A stretch of DNA of 64,000 nucleotides, from contig OX597825.1 of the NCBI GenBank assembly GCA_951406725.2, forward strand, positions 26,164,001 to 26,228,000, read 5' to 3'. Under the pieces are notes generated by a model. That model was not told the DNA's origin. It ran no database searches and saw nothing but the letters and a program-made list of their open reading frames with translations. This DNA is from Octopus vulgaris (lineage: Eukaryota). The translations under genes were made by a program, and so were the position numbers. Positions 43,120-56,575 of this stretch are shown piece by piece; position 1 is the first letter of the stretch; every line of letters begins with the position of its first letter.

Positions 43120-43121
<2 letters not shown>
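40570..43121 (-). mobile_element. CR1-group LINE, 5'-truncated, young copy inserted in (TA)n
   Basis: Carries the APE C-terminus (PTRAGNTLDLCFTN..SDH), the RT domain (GPDG, PISLTS, QHGFR, YLDFAKAFDKV, GVPQGAVLGPLLF, YADD), a short 3' UTR and an (AAATC)n tail. Both ends abut (TA)n. Confidence 0.95.
40663..43121 (-). pseudogene. LINE ORF2 (endonuclease-reverse transcriptase), disrupted
   Basis: Three ORF pieces: one frameshift near 42295 (43208 vs 42294 frames) and one in-frame TAA at 41359-41361 (42294 and 41355 share a frame). The N-terminus of ORF 42291..43208 is only flanking microsatellite. Confidence 0.92.
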
Positions 43122-43152
<31 letters not shown>

Positions 43153-43748
43153 GGTCTCTGTGTGTGTATAATACTGAGAGACCTACGTAGATGAAAACAT
43201 ATAGACACACCTTACATTAATCAAGGCGAGTACTTGCATCATGGGAAATGCAGGAGAGGTTGTGGCATTCATTCGTCATAATCGTTGTAGCTGGGCTGAT
43301 TTCTTTAATGTCTTTTTCCGACATGTGTCAGACTAGTCACAGTATGTGTACCTAGATAATGAATTCAGCCTTGCTACCTGTGGGGCACTGTGACCCAACA
43401 AAGACTGGTGCATTTAGTTCGTGATTGCTTATTATTCATCACCTCACATTACATTACTCGATGCTGACCTTTATAAGTGTTTACGTGCAAATACACACCA
43501 TACTTGAACGCGCCCTATTGCAGAAAATTGAATAAATACGCGCGTAAAATACAAAACTGCACGTATTAAATTGAACTTAAATACCCCACCTATTTATGTG
43601 AATGCGTTTACATAGGAACGGAAGCACACAAACGCAACACGACAAACACACACGCAAACACATACATACACACACACACACACTAATATCCATGTATGTA
43701 TTCTCATGTCAGTATGTCATTTTGTCTCTAAATCTGCCTCTGAATTTC

Positions 43749-43785
<37 letters not shown>

Positions 43786-43809
43786 TTCTCTGTATATACA
43801 TATATATAC

Positions 43810-43859
<50 letters not shown>

Positions 43860-44034
43860 GTGCGTGCGTGTGTGCGTTTATGTGTGTGTGTGCGTTTATG
43901 TGTGTGTGTGTGTGTGTGTGTTTGTGTGGGGGTATGTGTGTGTGTATTGAAATAAAGATAGATTCACTGACTTATACGCACTCAATTTATGATACCGTGC
44001 ATCCAACACTGGCACCTACACACATATACGCACA

Positions 44035-44086
<52 letters not shown>

Positions 44087-44404
44087 TTATTAAGATGGCT
44101 ATTCGCAATATAAAGGCGATAGGCAAAATGTAGAGCCGTCACTAAATTGACGGGGGGTCAAACTATATAACACCCACACACACTCTCTCTCACACACACA
44201 CACACAAACACGCACACACACACATATGTATTTTGATATAGATACATGAATGTATGCGTGCGCACGGACGAGTATGTGGGACTCGTCAGTATATAGATAA
44301 TATTCAATGGTTAAAGTAATATATATGTATATAGTTAAAGTAAAATATATAAAACTTTAAGTCAGGGAATTTAATAAGAACATATACGTATATTCACGCA
44401 CAAA

Positions 44405-44509
<105 letters not shown>

Positions 44510-44589
44510 TATATATATATATATATATATTATATATAGTTTGGAGGTATATATATATGCGTTGGTGCGGATATATATATTGGTGATAT

Positions 44590-44620
<31 letters not shown>

Positions 44621-44625
<5 letters not shown>

Positions 44626-45508
44626 TGGAAAAACAAAAACAGAACAGAGGCGGAGCAAAACAAATCGAACTATGCTCCTAAGAGCCCATGGCGAAACTGT
44701 TTATCAGTGTATGTTGAGAACCGGTGGCCCGGGTTGGTCATTCGTAGGTTCTTTGTTAACTAACTATTTAAGGAATATTGGATGTTTTATAAGGGCGAGA
44801 AAAAATCTACGTAGTAAATTTAAGATATCTTAAAGGCTATTTCTTTGTTACAATACATTATTTATAAACGCTATTTAAAAGCCAGATAAGTGTAACGTGG
44901 GGGCATCGAAAAGCCGACTGTAATTTACCATCCGGCCTCTATATGGAAGAGTTCGGAACACAAAGGTTGCACTGCCTTCTGCCCCTATCAAATGGGAGGG
45001 CCACCGACAAAATTGACCATTCCAGAAAGTTCGTATCCTCAGTCGCCATATTAGCTTATTCCCGTGGTCTGGCGCTTGTTCATGTCCCGAAAAGTTGCGT
45101 AATGGTTGGAGACACGCAAAGACAATCTTCCTGTGAGACATCTGAGTCCGTGTAAACCTTGCATTGGTAGACGGCGTTTCTTGGAGTTCGCCGACGTGAA
45201 TCTAATTCTGCTAGGATTAGTTTCTGAAATTAGAACTGCGTTCCTGTCACTATATTCGTTCCGAGACCTGCAGCCGCTTACTCTCTATTTTCCACTACGT
45301 CACTATTAACTATAGGAATAACCCTGATTCTCCACTGTTTTTGTTTTTCCAACGGATTTCCTATTTTCTTCCTGAAGAGAAAGACACAATATGGTCCCAT
45401 TATTCCATCGGATTTTGAATTTGTGCCTTTCGAAACACGTGTAGAATGAAATAAAACGATTTCTGTTCAATCTGCGTTCAGCTCCATTTCTTCAATTCAC
45501 CAATAATG
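44621..45508 (+). mobile_element. Non-autonomous Penelope-like element in (TA)n with an inverted repeat and a hammerhead ribozyme
   Basis: 22-bp inverted repeat TCCGTTGGAAAAACAAAAACAG (44621-44642 / 45335-45356) immediately upstream of a canonical HHR; (TA)n on both sides; no recognisable ORF. Confidence 0.7.
45362..45453 (+). ncRNA. Type I hammerhead ribozyme with canonical core
   Basis: TTTCTTC CTGAAGA(45372-78) GAAAG-A-CACAA..TTGTG-C-CTTTC GAA A-CACGTG-T A GAA-T-GAAA. Stem II has 10 of 11 pairs, stem III is the palindrome ACACGTGT, and cleavage is predicted after A45443 (GUA). Confidence 0.88.
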
Positions 45509-45509
45509 T

Positions 45510-45540
<31 letters not shown>

Positions 45541-45614
45541 GGTCCCGGGTTGATTCGGGGTTAACCACAGTAAATAAGGTACTCAATACATAGCAGAGTA
45601 AAATTAATTTATTA

Positions 45615-45716
45615 TATAGAAGGAGTTTACAGATAGAACTGTCATTCAAGAGAAATCTTCCTGAGCTTCCTGAAGATTTCTCTTGAATGACAGTTCTAGT
45701 CCTGTAGAAGCTCCTT

Positions 45717-45721
<5 letters not shown>
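45615..45721. repeat. Fold-back inverted repeat inside a (TA)n-flanked insert
   Basis: Perfect 27-bp arms at 45634-45660 and 45672-45698, plus outer TATAGAAGGAG/CTCCTTCTATA. Confidence 0.9.
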
Positions 45722-45757
<36 letters not shown>

Positions 45758-45761
<4 letters not shown>

Positions 45762-46340
45762 GAACGTCGGTTGAAAAGTTGAGAGCAAATGAGGTCCGTT
45801 ATCAGCATTATCTCCCTTGCAATCTACACACTTCTTCATCGGTGTTGAAATGCATGGGTCCAATTGGAGAAGACGCATTTATCCTGTTGTTGAAAAATCT
45901 CAGCAACAGCAGATCTAATTTCATCATTACTGTGACACTGGTTCCAATCTAAGTGTTTCTGGTTTTCCATTTGGGCAACGCGTTTTCCAGTTGGGCAACG
46001 CGTAGTAGCCATTCAAAACCATTGATATGCGTGCTGGAGCATTGTCCTGATGAAAAAAGTTTCCTATTGTCAGTTTTTTCTGGGTGTTAGTTCACGGTGG
46101 TCTTTCGTAACTCCTTCGGCAAATTGGCATACTAGTTTCCATTCATCGTATGGCGCTCTTGAACAAAGATCATAAACACAATGTCTTTTGCATACCCACA
46201 AACACAAAAAAAAAATTGTCGGCGGCCATAGCATTCCCTGCATGTGAAACGAACTAGGCCTTTGGAGCTGATAGGGAGACCTGTTTTCACAGCCTGGATT
46301 ACTCCATGCTTTTGAAAAGGAAGTGAATATATAAAGTAGC
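45758..46340 (-). mobile_element. Mariner transposase catalytic-domain remnant with 3' TIR
   Basis: Minus-strand frames give FFHQDNAPA (about 46035-46060) and QQDKCVFSNWTHAFQHR*/KKCVDCKGD (C-terminus). TIR-like ..GTCGGTTGAAAAGTT lies next to (TA)n. Confidence 0.8.
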
Positions 46341-47036
46341 ACGGTTATAGAAACACATGATGCAAACCAGATATGTAGATGACATAGTTACAGCATTCCA
46401 TTGTAAATTTCATTTATTATATTCATCATTCAAGAGAGTACAAATACAATTCGTATCAATAAATTAAATGCATTCTGCAGCGATATTTAGACTGAAAATA
46501 AAGGACGCATCATGCTTGTTAATTCATAAATAAATTCATATGTGGAGCAGAAAATGCCCAACCAGATAATATCAAATCGTAATTCGATTATCATTTCGAC
46601 TCTTCACCGCAAAAGAGATGCTAAATAAAGCAGTCCATCACAAACAACAAAAATAGAGCGAATATATAGCGAATATTTTAGCAAATTAAGAGACAAACCG
46701 TAGACCAATAACATGCATATGTAGGGGATATAACTGAAAATGAATAGAAACAGGTGTTTGTGTGAGTAATACAGAGGTAAAACATATAAAATAAAAATTT
46801 TATTTTTCTATGGATGACAATAATTATGCAAATATATGACATAATATAGGGGCAAAATGTTTCAAATACACAAATATGGACGCTGTAGTACCAACTAAAA
46901 CACCAATCTAAACAAATTAGTAAAACTAACGAATATCGTGCATTTGGTATATACATAAGACGAAGAATTCTTTCGCGGTGTTTCAAAAACTACATTTAAT
47001 TCAACTGACTTTATTCAATTTATACATAGATAATAT

Positions 47037-47227
47037 CAGTTCAAATATACTTGGGGCTTATCCGAACCCATAAGCACGCCATTCGATGTATTGTCAAGAA
47101 GAAAATTTAACGTCGTGCACAGATAGGTGTAAATACGCCAAAATCAACTCCTCCAATACAAAACGCAGTGACTGGCAGCGATTGCTTGTCTTACGGATTC
47201 GAATATGTCCCAAGTATATTTGAGCTG
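47037..47227. mobile_element. MITE-like element with 38-bp imperfect TIRs
   Basis: CAGTTCAAATATACTTGGGGCTTATCCGAACCCATAAG matches the reverse complement of the right end at 32 of 38 positions. Confidence 0.65.
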
Positions 47228-47419
47228 GAAATCACCTTGCATTTATACACAACACTGCTTAGCGTTACCACTCCGTCATTTATTTTCATATATCAGTGAA
47301 TTAAAATAAACGCTTACCATTCATAATTAATATAGATTGCACACTATCTGTCTCAGGAACCTAACAGCAAATGAGATTTTCCTTCGTTAGTTGGCTAGCT
47401 ATCTGTCTGTATGTATAAT

Positions 47420-47655
47420 TTCTTTGTGTGAGTTTCTCATTAGACTTATGGAAAGGTTCATACGAGTAGTTTAAATCTAGGAAAACATCTAAATAAGCAA
47501 CTATACAGAAATTAGTAAATGTGATTTCAAGTCCTAATTGATTCAAGGTTCAAATTAGTTCTTTCCTAAATCTATTAATGGTGTCACCATTACACCCATG
47601 GGAAATACCTAAGCTGTCGTCACGGTATAGGCCAATGTCATGAGCTGGGTACCAG
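47420..47655 (-). pseudogene. Penelope-like (Naiad-type) RT fragment, older family
   Basis: HDIGLYRDDSLGI..NGDTINRFRKELI* then LGLEIT..VAYLDVFLDLN..YEPFHKSNEKL; homologous to the middle of ORF 56576..57541. Confidence 0.85.
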
Positions 47656-50600
47656 TACATTATATATGTGTATGTGCGTGTGTGTATGACTAATGCGAGA
47701 GACGGAAGATGGAAGGTGCGAAAATGTTTATTGATCAGTGCAATTGTTTTGACCAATCAAGCACCTATTCCACACAGGTGGGAAACTGAACGTACAGTTT
47801 AGATTTATAAGTTGGTGTAGGTGTGTGACCTCAGGTGATTAGATATATCACGTTAAAGATTCTCGTATCTTCCATCTTCCGCCTCTCTCATTAATCAAAT
47901 ATCGGACGAATACTGAGTAAAGGAACATGCGTTACCGGTAAACTATTTATATATTGTGTGTGTGTATTGATATGCATATATAATATGACAAAGACAATAA
48001 TTACATTATATTTGGAATGATATAAGCAACGTATTAATTTATTCGCCAAGTCCATATATTCGTACGAATGGAATTTGAAATGAATAAGGCAAGTCATTGA
48101 ACAATTCCCCAGAAACATAAATCCGCTAATTTTGCAGGATGAATTCTTTGAAATTGTAGACTGTATGTAAATGTATGCGAATCAAGGTATTAAATGAATT
48201 AAATCTGTTGAGCATGAAAACGTTGCACATAAATGAGAATTAATGTATATTAATAATTATTATGGAATTAAGTGTCCATTAATATAATCAGCCATTCATA
48301 CTCCTTGTTAGATTAATATAGAAATAATAATTCGCCAATATAGCGGTCATTCACACTTTTCATTTCTGCAGATTCAATAAAGCATCTGGAGAGATTAAAC
48401 ATAATCTGTTCACTAGATTAAATATTGCCGTGTTACCAAGCCATATTTTTCGTTTCTGTTCTTATGAGACCGATATCAAATATATTACGATCGTTATATC
48501 TTGCTAATGATTCTACCGATATATCTTACATTTTAAGGCAAGATAGGACATTATGCCTACATCTTTCGAATATCTTATTTCGTAAACATTACTTAGCTTT
48601 AGTTTTATTAATGAGGCCCACCTTCTCTTAAGTTCTACAATATAAATATAATAACAGCCCAGAAGATTTAAGACATCCCTTTTGGACGGCGTGCTATCTA
48701 TTTTCAGTGAATCCTTCGTCTCGCATTTCGAACATATTTTCAGCTTTGTCAAGCGGATCATTAGAGTGTTAGATGCCCTGGGTGTATACAGCAGTACTAA
48801 TATTTTTTGACCAACCAAATGTGTAGGAGATATTTTATTATGTTATGATGACCATTAACTGTTACCGAAATACGGATCAAGACTTCACCGGGTGTCAACA
48901 ATCTGCAAACGCAAGCTAATGGCCAGGTTTGGCAATCATGTTAAGTTGTACTATTCAAATAAAAGTCAGTACCTTAAGCATATGTCAAATATAGTGTATT
49001 GAAACTGCATCAATATACATCTGGAAAAGTTAACGGAGATTAAACGCAAGTAGGTGCATGGCGTGTACGATACATGTGGTGATTCACAGAACAACGAAAA
49101 ACAATGATACACTTCCAGTAGAGGGATCTTTAAAGCAGGTTCAATTCCAAATATATTTTCCGGCTCTCCACTGTTATTTCACCCTTTGGGAGAAAGGGCA
49201 ATTTTCTGAAGGAACTATTGCATTGAAAGTTCGAAACAGATTGGTTTGTGTAATATTTTTCATGAAATTTGGTCTGGATCAAGAAAGTAAATGATGTCAA
49301 ACATGTAATGCGGTTTTTCTGTTACATCTAAAGAGAAGTGTGTAGCCGTAGAATAGCTTAAATCATCTAAGTACATTGAAGTATGGTATAGAAGATTCGC
49401 TGATAGAGAATTATGAACTGCTTTTCTGTCTTAAAAGCATGTACTGACTGTAAGAAAGAATGTTTCGTCGCGGAATTCGATATTTCAAATCCCAAATGAG
49501 AGAATGTAAATCTTTATCCTCAAAGTGGACATGAGTCCGAAATCCGTGCATCAGACTGGATAGCACAAACGAGAACTAAGTGTCAGGAGGTGATATAGGA
49601 TTGCGTCTACGAGAGGAAGAGAACGTGTCACACAGCCTCCTTTTAGCAGTAACATTTGATTCAGGAGGGTTTAATTGATACAACGTTATGGCAGTCAAGA
49701 GTGATGACATTGCTACTTTCTACAATGAAGACCAAAAAGACATTAATATGAAGCGACCGTCTCACTAACACAACTATTTCAGTGTCAAACAAATTGCATG
49801 GAGATGAATGTTTAGGGGGAAGGATATAAAAGTCTGGTTATATTTCACTGGAATTTGAAAATTACAGGATTCAGTTCTAGTTGAGAGATATTTCGCGTCG
49901 TGTATTCAGTGACTATTTACATATGAGGAATCTTAAATTCTTCACGTGCTTAAAATGTATTTATTTTTTTGTTTAAGCTTTCTCGCAGTACATAACTTTG
50001 CGCTACATAATCTCCGTAAAACGCCACTCGGTAAGTTACTGAATTACCGCTACTGCAACTAACAAATAACAGACCTCGTAAAACTAATTATACCGGCACA
50101 AGACACACTACATAATCCTGTCAGGCGAGGTACATCTCTTATTCTTATATTGTCCTCTTCCTAAAAGAGAAAAAACAACAACAGAAGACAAAGTTTTTAA
50201 TTCTAAAGATATAGTAATTTAACTATTGAAGTAGTTGCCAACGAAGCGCAAATTGTTTTGATTTGAATATTTCCATAGTAACGGGAGTTAATAAAAGAGA
50301 GTTACTGAGTCACAGGTAAAGTCGCAATCAATAAGGATTTTATCCTCGTTTTCTGTGCTCGAAGTTATGCTTTATATTAGACAACCACCCAACGTTTACA
50401 AATTAGTGTTTGGCGCTTAATCGAAGCGAAAATGGAAGTTGTTTTCTAACGTCGTTTCATTGATTTAATTTTGTTTTAATGCGCTTGTGGTAAATTCTAA
50501 ACCCCTGCATCTGTTAAATATTGTGTTATACACATCATCATGGCAAATAAATGAATTAAAGTAAGTATCTAAATTTTTATATATCACATAAATTATCACA

Positions 50601-51978
50601 CTGTTTAAATTTCTATGTGCGCACTAACGTACGTCACACTCGCAAGCTTTCACAAGCAAATACACATATATGTGCGTGTATGTGTGTATGTGTGAATGCC
50701 TGAGAGCATGTGGAATATGAGCCTCATAATTAGAATTTATGTTACTATTTTATATCAGATGCAAATTGATGTTATGAATACTGTTATTTTATATTGTAAT
50801 ATTAATTTCTCTATCGAAGATATTTACTCTCTTATACGTCTAAACATCTTACACAGATTAAACCCAGATGAATGAAGCAACCTAGAATAGCAGGAAATTC
50901 GTATATCAATTATTTAAAGAAAAATGAAAGCTAAGCTACTACCACTTACTATTTTATTTATAAAGTACTAAAGCCACACAAGGTTTCTAAAATTGAATGA
51001 AAATAAAATAAAGGTAACATTCAGACAAATTCAGACATAATATATATACGCACTCAGTAACTAGCATTTCTATAGCAGTGCACTGAGAAGAATTATTTTC
51101 AATTAAGAGTATATATTTATGCACTTTCACACACACACAAACACACACAGACATACACACATGCACACACACACACATATATACATATATCTGCGTATGT
51201 CTGCGTGTATATGTAACATTTGTCTCATGAATTAGATATATTTCAAATACCAGTCAGCACTAGTTCAGGCTCTGGTTTCGTAAAACGTGTGAAGGAACCA
51301 CATGCAGATTCTTGCTTGAGATATATATGCATATCAGTCCTGATAATTTCATATTTATATTTTGATATGTATAGAGATCTTCCAATTGAGTACATCGAAA
51401 TGTTTTACGTATGCGATATTAATGCCAGTACTCAAGAAAAAATCACCACTTCTTTAATTCAGTGTAGACACTTAAAAGCTGTCTGGAGAACTGAATTTGC
51501 TCACATGCTTGATTTTCCTGTAGTGAGATATTTCTGTCTAAATCAGGTAATTTCCGTAGCTCACACTATAGAGAGTTAGTATTAGAGCTAAAAAAAAAGT
51601 ATGTGCTGTGAATATGCCCCAAATTTAGATATTCTTATATGATTCAACATGGTGGAGTTGCACTCTATTCAAAAACATATTATACGCCTTGGAGAAAATG
51701 GTTACCAATGCAGCACTCAACTGGAAATGGAAGCAAGTAGAAATAGTTCAATTACAGCCACTGCATCGTTATATATTGTTGAGTGAATGAGCTACTGAAC
51801 ACGTCAGAATTGAGAACTCTTCGACATGAATCACTAATTGGATATTATATACAAAGCTAAGTGACCTAGACCATGTCGTTTCGTCGTTTCATTTTGTTCA
51901 ATGGCAGATATGTTGTTGCAGCTACTGATACCATTTAACACACACACACACACACACACACATACACACACACATACA

Positions 51979-52016
<38 letters not shown>

Positions 52017-52514
52017 TATATATATATACCAAAATAGAAAATCGGAAACACATTGTTATTATTTATTCATCATTACACATGTTTCATTTCCTACTAGAAT
52101 TTACAATATTGTACATGTAAGAGGGGCATGTAATATATATCTCCTATTGGAAATTCTTGATAGACAGAATCAACTAATTTCCAATAAGACATATCTTACA
52201 CGTTTCTCCTATTGTAACTATTATTAACAAATAGACCACGAGTAATGGTGTGAACAAACAATACCAAAAACTTCCCCAATCTCTTCTTGTCATATGTTAT
52301 GTATTTCAAAAATATCTTTTGCAGTATTATTCAAACCTGTAGGAATGACACACGCAAATATATCTACATTCACACACACGCACGCATAAATGCACGTAGA
52401 CATGCATACACACATATATACATATATCTGTGTATGTCTGTGTGTATACGTATACATGTATGTATATACTTACATTGTAACATTTACATATATATCTATA
52501 CATACATACATATT

Positions 52515-52912
52515 TTCTCTCTTTTACTTCTTTCAGTTATTTGACTGCGGCCATGCTGGAGCACCGCCTTTAGTCGAGCAAATCGACCCCGGGACTTATT
52601 CTTTGTAAGCCCAGTACTTATTCTATCGGACTCTTTTGCCGAACCGCTAAGTGACGGGGACGTAAACACAACAGCATCGGTTGTCAAGCAATGCTAGGGG
52701 GACAAACACAGACACACAAACATATACACACACACTTATATATATATATACATATATAAGACAGGCTTCTTTCAGTTTCCGTCTACCAAATCCACTCACA
52801 AGGCATTGTTCGGCCCGGGGCTATAGCAGAAGGCACTTGCCCAAGATGCCATGCAGTGGGACTGAACCCGGAACCATGTGGTTGGTTAGCAAACTACTTA
52901 CCATACAGCCAT
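52515..52912 (-). mobile_element. SINE type A
   Basis: Near full length, high identity. Confidence 0.92.
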
Positions 52913-53664
52913 ATGCATGAAAATATTTATTTACCTCACAATATATTATAACAGAGAGAGAAATAGAAATAGATAGATAGATAAAGACAGAGATAGATAG
53001 ATAGACAAAGAGAGACGGAGAGAGAGAAAGAGAGATAGAGAGTAGGGAAACAGTAGTCTTATGGAAATAATGATTTTCTCTTCAGTAAATGTTTGCAAAC
53101 ATTTAAATAGTTACATATGAATTTGATTATTGATCGAAATATCGTCGGAATTAAACGGAAAATTAGTGACCGTGGCTACTGGTACTGTTACTAATTTTTA
53201 CTTAATATAATAACGGATATATTGCGGAAACAAATAAAGCTGATGTTGGTCTGAATCAGATTGAAAATATAACCCTTGGTTTAGTCATGAGAACTAAATG
53301 TGGCAAGTTCAACATTGCTGTGATATATATGCAAGCGTATAAATATTTTCTTTGCCACGACCAATTCTTGGCATTTGACTAGCAAATATATCATATTCAC
53401 TATTCTGTATGGAAAGCTCCATTTGCAAAGCACAAAATGAAACAGCAGAAATAGCACTACATTATATACTGTCATTTCTATTTCATATATATATATTATT
53501 CCAAACTAAATAAAGATGAATGAGTTTAAAATGTCCTCCCATGCAAATTTGACTTATCCACCTTAAGCGCTTCTTAAAACTAAATCCATCAATTACGTGT
53601 GATTCACTATATTTGTACTTATGAAACAAATTTTCGCCATACTGCTTAAATACCGTTTCCATAA

Positions 53665-53850
53665 TAATCATGATAATGATGGTAGTAGTTGTATTATGTT
53701 TGTTGTTGATGATGATGATGATGATGACGACGGCGATAATGGTGGTGGTGATGATGATGATGATGATGATGATGATGACTATGGTGATGAAGATGAAACA
53801 TTAATACCTGAAATGATGAGCACGATATCGGCAATCACAACGATGACGAA

Positions 53851-53906
<56 letters not shown>

Positions 53907-54297
53907 CGACGACGACAACGATGATAATGATGATGATCTTGATGATGATCATGAATGAATATGGTGGTGGTGACGGCGGTGTCAGCGGTGATAGTTTCCA
54001 TTATTGTTGTTGTTGTTTTTGCTGGTGGCGGTGATTATTATGAAAATGCTGATGATGACTGTTGTTTTATGATATTTACGATGATGACGTCACTGTCATC
54101 TTTAGCAGTAGTACTAATAACGCTATTACAGCCAAACGTACCACGTATTCATACCACCAGCATCATCTCAGGCGCATCTCTACTACGACCAACACGAACA
54201 CTACCACCGCAAGCATCATGATGTTGATCATCATCATCATCACCATCATCATAATCATCATCATTATCATCATCATCATCATCATCATAATCATTAT

Positions 54298-54337
<40 letters not shown>

Positions 54338-54370
54338 GGCGTGCGCATCGTCGTCAAAATCATCGCCATC
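53665..54370. repeat. (GAT)n-rich tract followed by a (CAT)n-rich tract
   Basis: (GAT)n at about 53705-53950 and (CAT)n at about 54215-54340. Confidence 0.9.
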
Positions 54371-55194
54371 AATATAATCACTATCCTCCTTCCCCACCTC
54401 TTCCCCACATTTAGTATCCCCATTTTGTCTACCTCTTCTTTTTCTTTCATTAATATCTTCCTATCAGAATATTAACAGTCAACACTTTTTTTTCCTCAGA
54501 ATAGAAATAGGTATTAATTTTGGAGCTTTTCTCTACACTGCCATACTGCTGACAGTTACATCATGGCAGAGTATGGAATTGAGACGAGAGAATTAAGTTA
54601 CATCATTTATAGAAGGAGCTAATCTCAACGTCTGTTCCAATAAGAATTTCTTTAGTTTGGGAGAAACAAAAAAAATAAAATATTCCCATTTCTACATTAT
54701 TTCGTATTTCAGTCTTGCATTAAACTGTAGGCCCTAAACTTGATTTCATGATCTTTTTAAAATGTACAGATTTATTTATGTTATGACAAACCGATTCTAC
54801 TAAATATCAAGAGAAAGTCCCTTTATTTAATGTAAAATTATCTTAACATGAGAATCCCAACTAAAAGGAAGGAAGCAACTTCAAAAATTATTGAAAGCAA
54901 ATTGTTGTGTTATCTACAAATGGTATTAGGAGTTGCTTATGTATGTGTCTCGGTCATCTTACTTAAAATGAGAGTGATGCGGTATTATAAACAATGCAAA
55001 ACTTAAATATTCATTTCTTATAATTGGATTCATTACTTGATGTTTAGGGGTTTTCTTTTAAACTCGCTTATAACGAAAAGTCCTTAACAATTTTCACGTC
55101 TCTCATGATTGATGGTAAGAAAGGAGAAAGATTATCGCTTGATAAAATAAATCCAAGCGATACTGCGCAACGCGATAAACATATCCACAGGCAA

Positions 55195-55350
55195 CTGACT
55201 AAGTATTCTATAGAAACAAGTACAATGATACTTATGGCAGGCTTCCGCTCAGTTTTCGCCCACCAAATTCCAGATACACACATTTGTTGGAAGTCAAGTA
55301 GTTACATAGATAATTGATCCTTATGCCGCGCATTGTGTTCGAACGTAAAA
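55195..55350 (-). mobile_element. Highly decayed SINE type A head
   Basis: CAGGCTTCCGCTCAGTTTTCGCCCACCAAATTCCA resembles type-A GGCTTCTTTCAGTTTCCGTCTACCAAATCCA. Confidence 0.45.
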
Positions 55351-56154
55351 GCATAATAACGAAGCGACACTCTCAATATCCCCTCAATTCTTAGGAATGC
55401 ATTAAACAACTTTATGTTTCAACCAAATATAAAGAATTTCCATAAAGTAATATTCTATGAATAAGGTTAAAAAGCAAATATAAAATTAATATGTATTTCA
55501 ACGCGGCAAAAGATAACAGTCATTTGATGTATGGAAAAACAAAATGGATTCACTCTATTAAAATAGATTTTCCGTAGGATTTTACAATATGGGTCATTCC
55601 ATGATTTACTTCGCTGTTTTATGTATCTTTGCTGTGACAGATTTTATTAATTGGGTTCTTTTTCCATTTGATTTTGATCGATAGTGTTGTTGGATAGTGA
55701 GTGCCCCATGGGATATTGTCCGTTTAAGGCCTGTTATTAAATTTGTAAGTGTGGTTGGAGAAGGAGTATATCCAGGCTCTGTTAATTTTATCCGATAAAT
55801 CGTTGTACCGAATGTTATCTCGTAGCGATAGACATTCATATCACACACATGCACACACAAACACAAGAAGAGAAACTCGCAAACACTTTCCAGCACTGCC
55901 AATAAAACATTTGCTCAAGAAGAGAGAAAATATGGCTGAGAGGAGATAAATGGACGAGGAGAATGAAGCCCCTGTATTGCATTGTAGCTTATTTACCGAA
56001 ACAATGAAAGGCTAATTATGACGCATGCCATATACGTTCGTAGGCCACTGGAGGTGGAGCTGTTTAATGCAGAGTCGTCTTGTATGAGGCTGTTCAGTGC
56101 AGATCATCACGTCTCAGATACTTCCAAATTTTTCTAATGGGACGACGCGAATTA

Positions 56155-56208
<54 letters not shown>

Positions 56209-56224
56209 ATGTTACATTACTCGG

Positions 56225-56298
56225 TAGTCAAGATAAAACTCTGAGTTTCAGATGCCGAAGTGGAAATCCACAACAGCATCTCTTCGGTTATCTGGCTA
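56225..56298 (-). ncRNA. Hammerhead ribozyme variant in the Penelope pLTR (left copy)
   Basis: AGATAA CCGAAGA GATGCTG..GTGG-ATTT-CCAC..CGGCATC T GAA A-CTCAGAG-T T TTATCT. Carries U4->C and one extra U before GAAA. Confidence 0.72.
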
Positions 56299-56575
56299 TT
56301 TGAAAACGTTATGAAAAAATACCGTTAAAAATGAAGGGAAATTACTCTGTTATAACTCTGCTTTGCCTGCGTACTTATACATCGCTCGCATTTTTCGTCA
56401 TAAAAATTATATAAAAATACATAAAAATATATAAAAATATATAAAAATATATAAAATCTTCTTGGGACATAACACAGAAAGCATGTTCTATCCGTTTTCT
56501 TTAGGGGACCAAAAACGTAACAGAAAGGGCTTACATCTGGCCAAAATTTTATGTTATAATCGACACCTTTATCTC

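Noticed and set aside
44672-44710. Hammerhead look-alike CTAAGA-GCC-CAT-GGC-GAAACTGTT
   Set aside because: G5 is missing and there is no stem I complementarity; at most a relic.
46044-46062. CTGATGA motif
   Set aside because: It is the antisense of the mariner FHQD codons and has no ribozyme helices.
48400-49900. Microsatellite-free block with short ORFs
   Set aside because: No protein family recognised in any frame; possibly an old element but unsupported.
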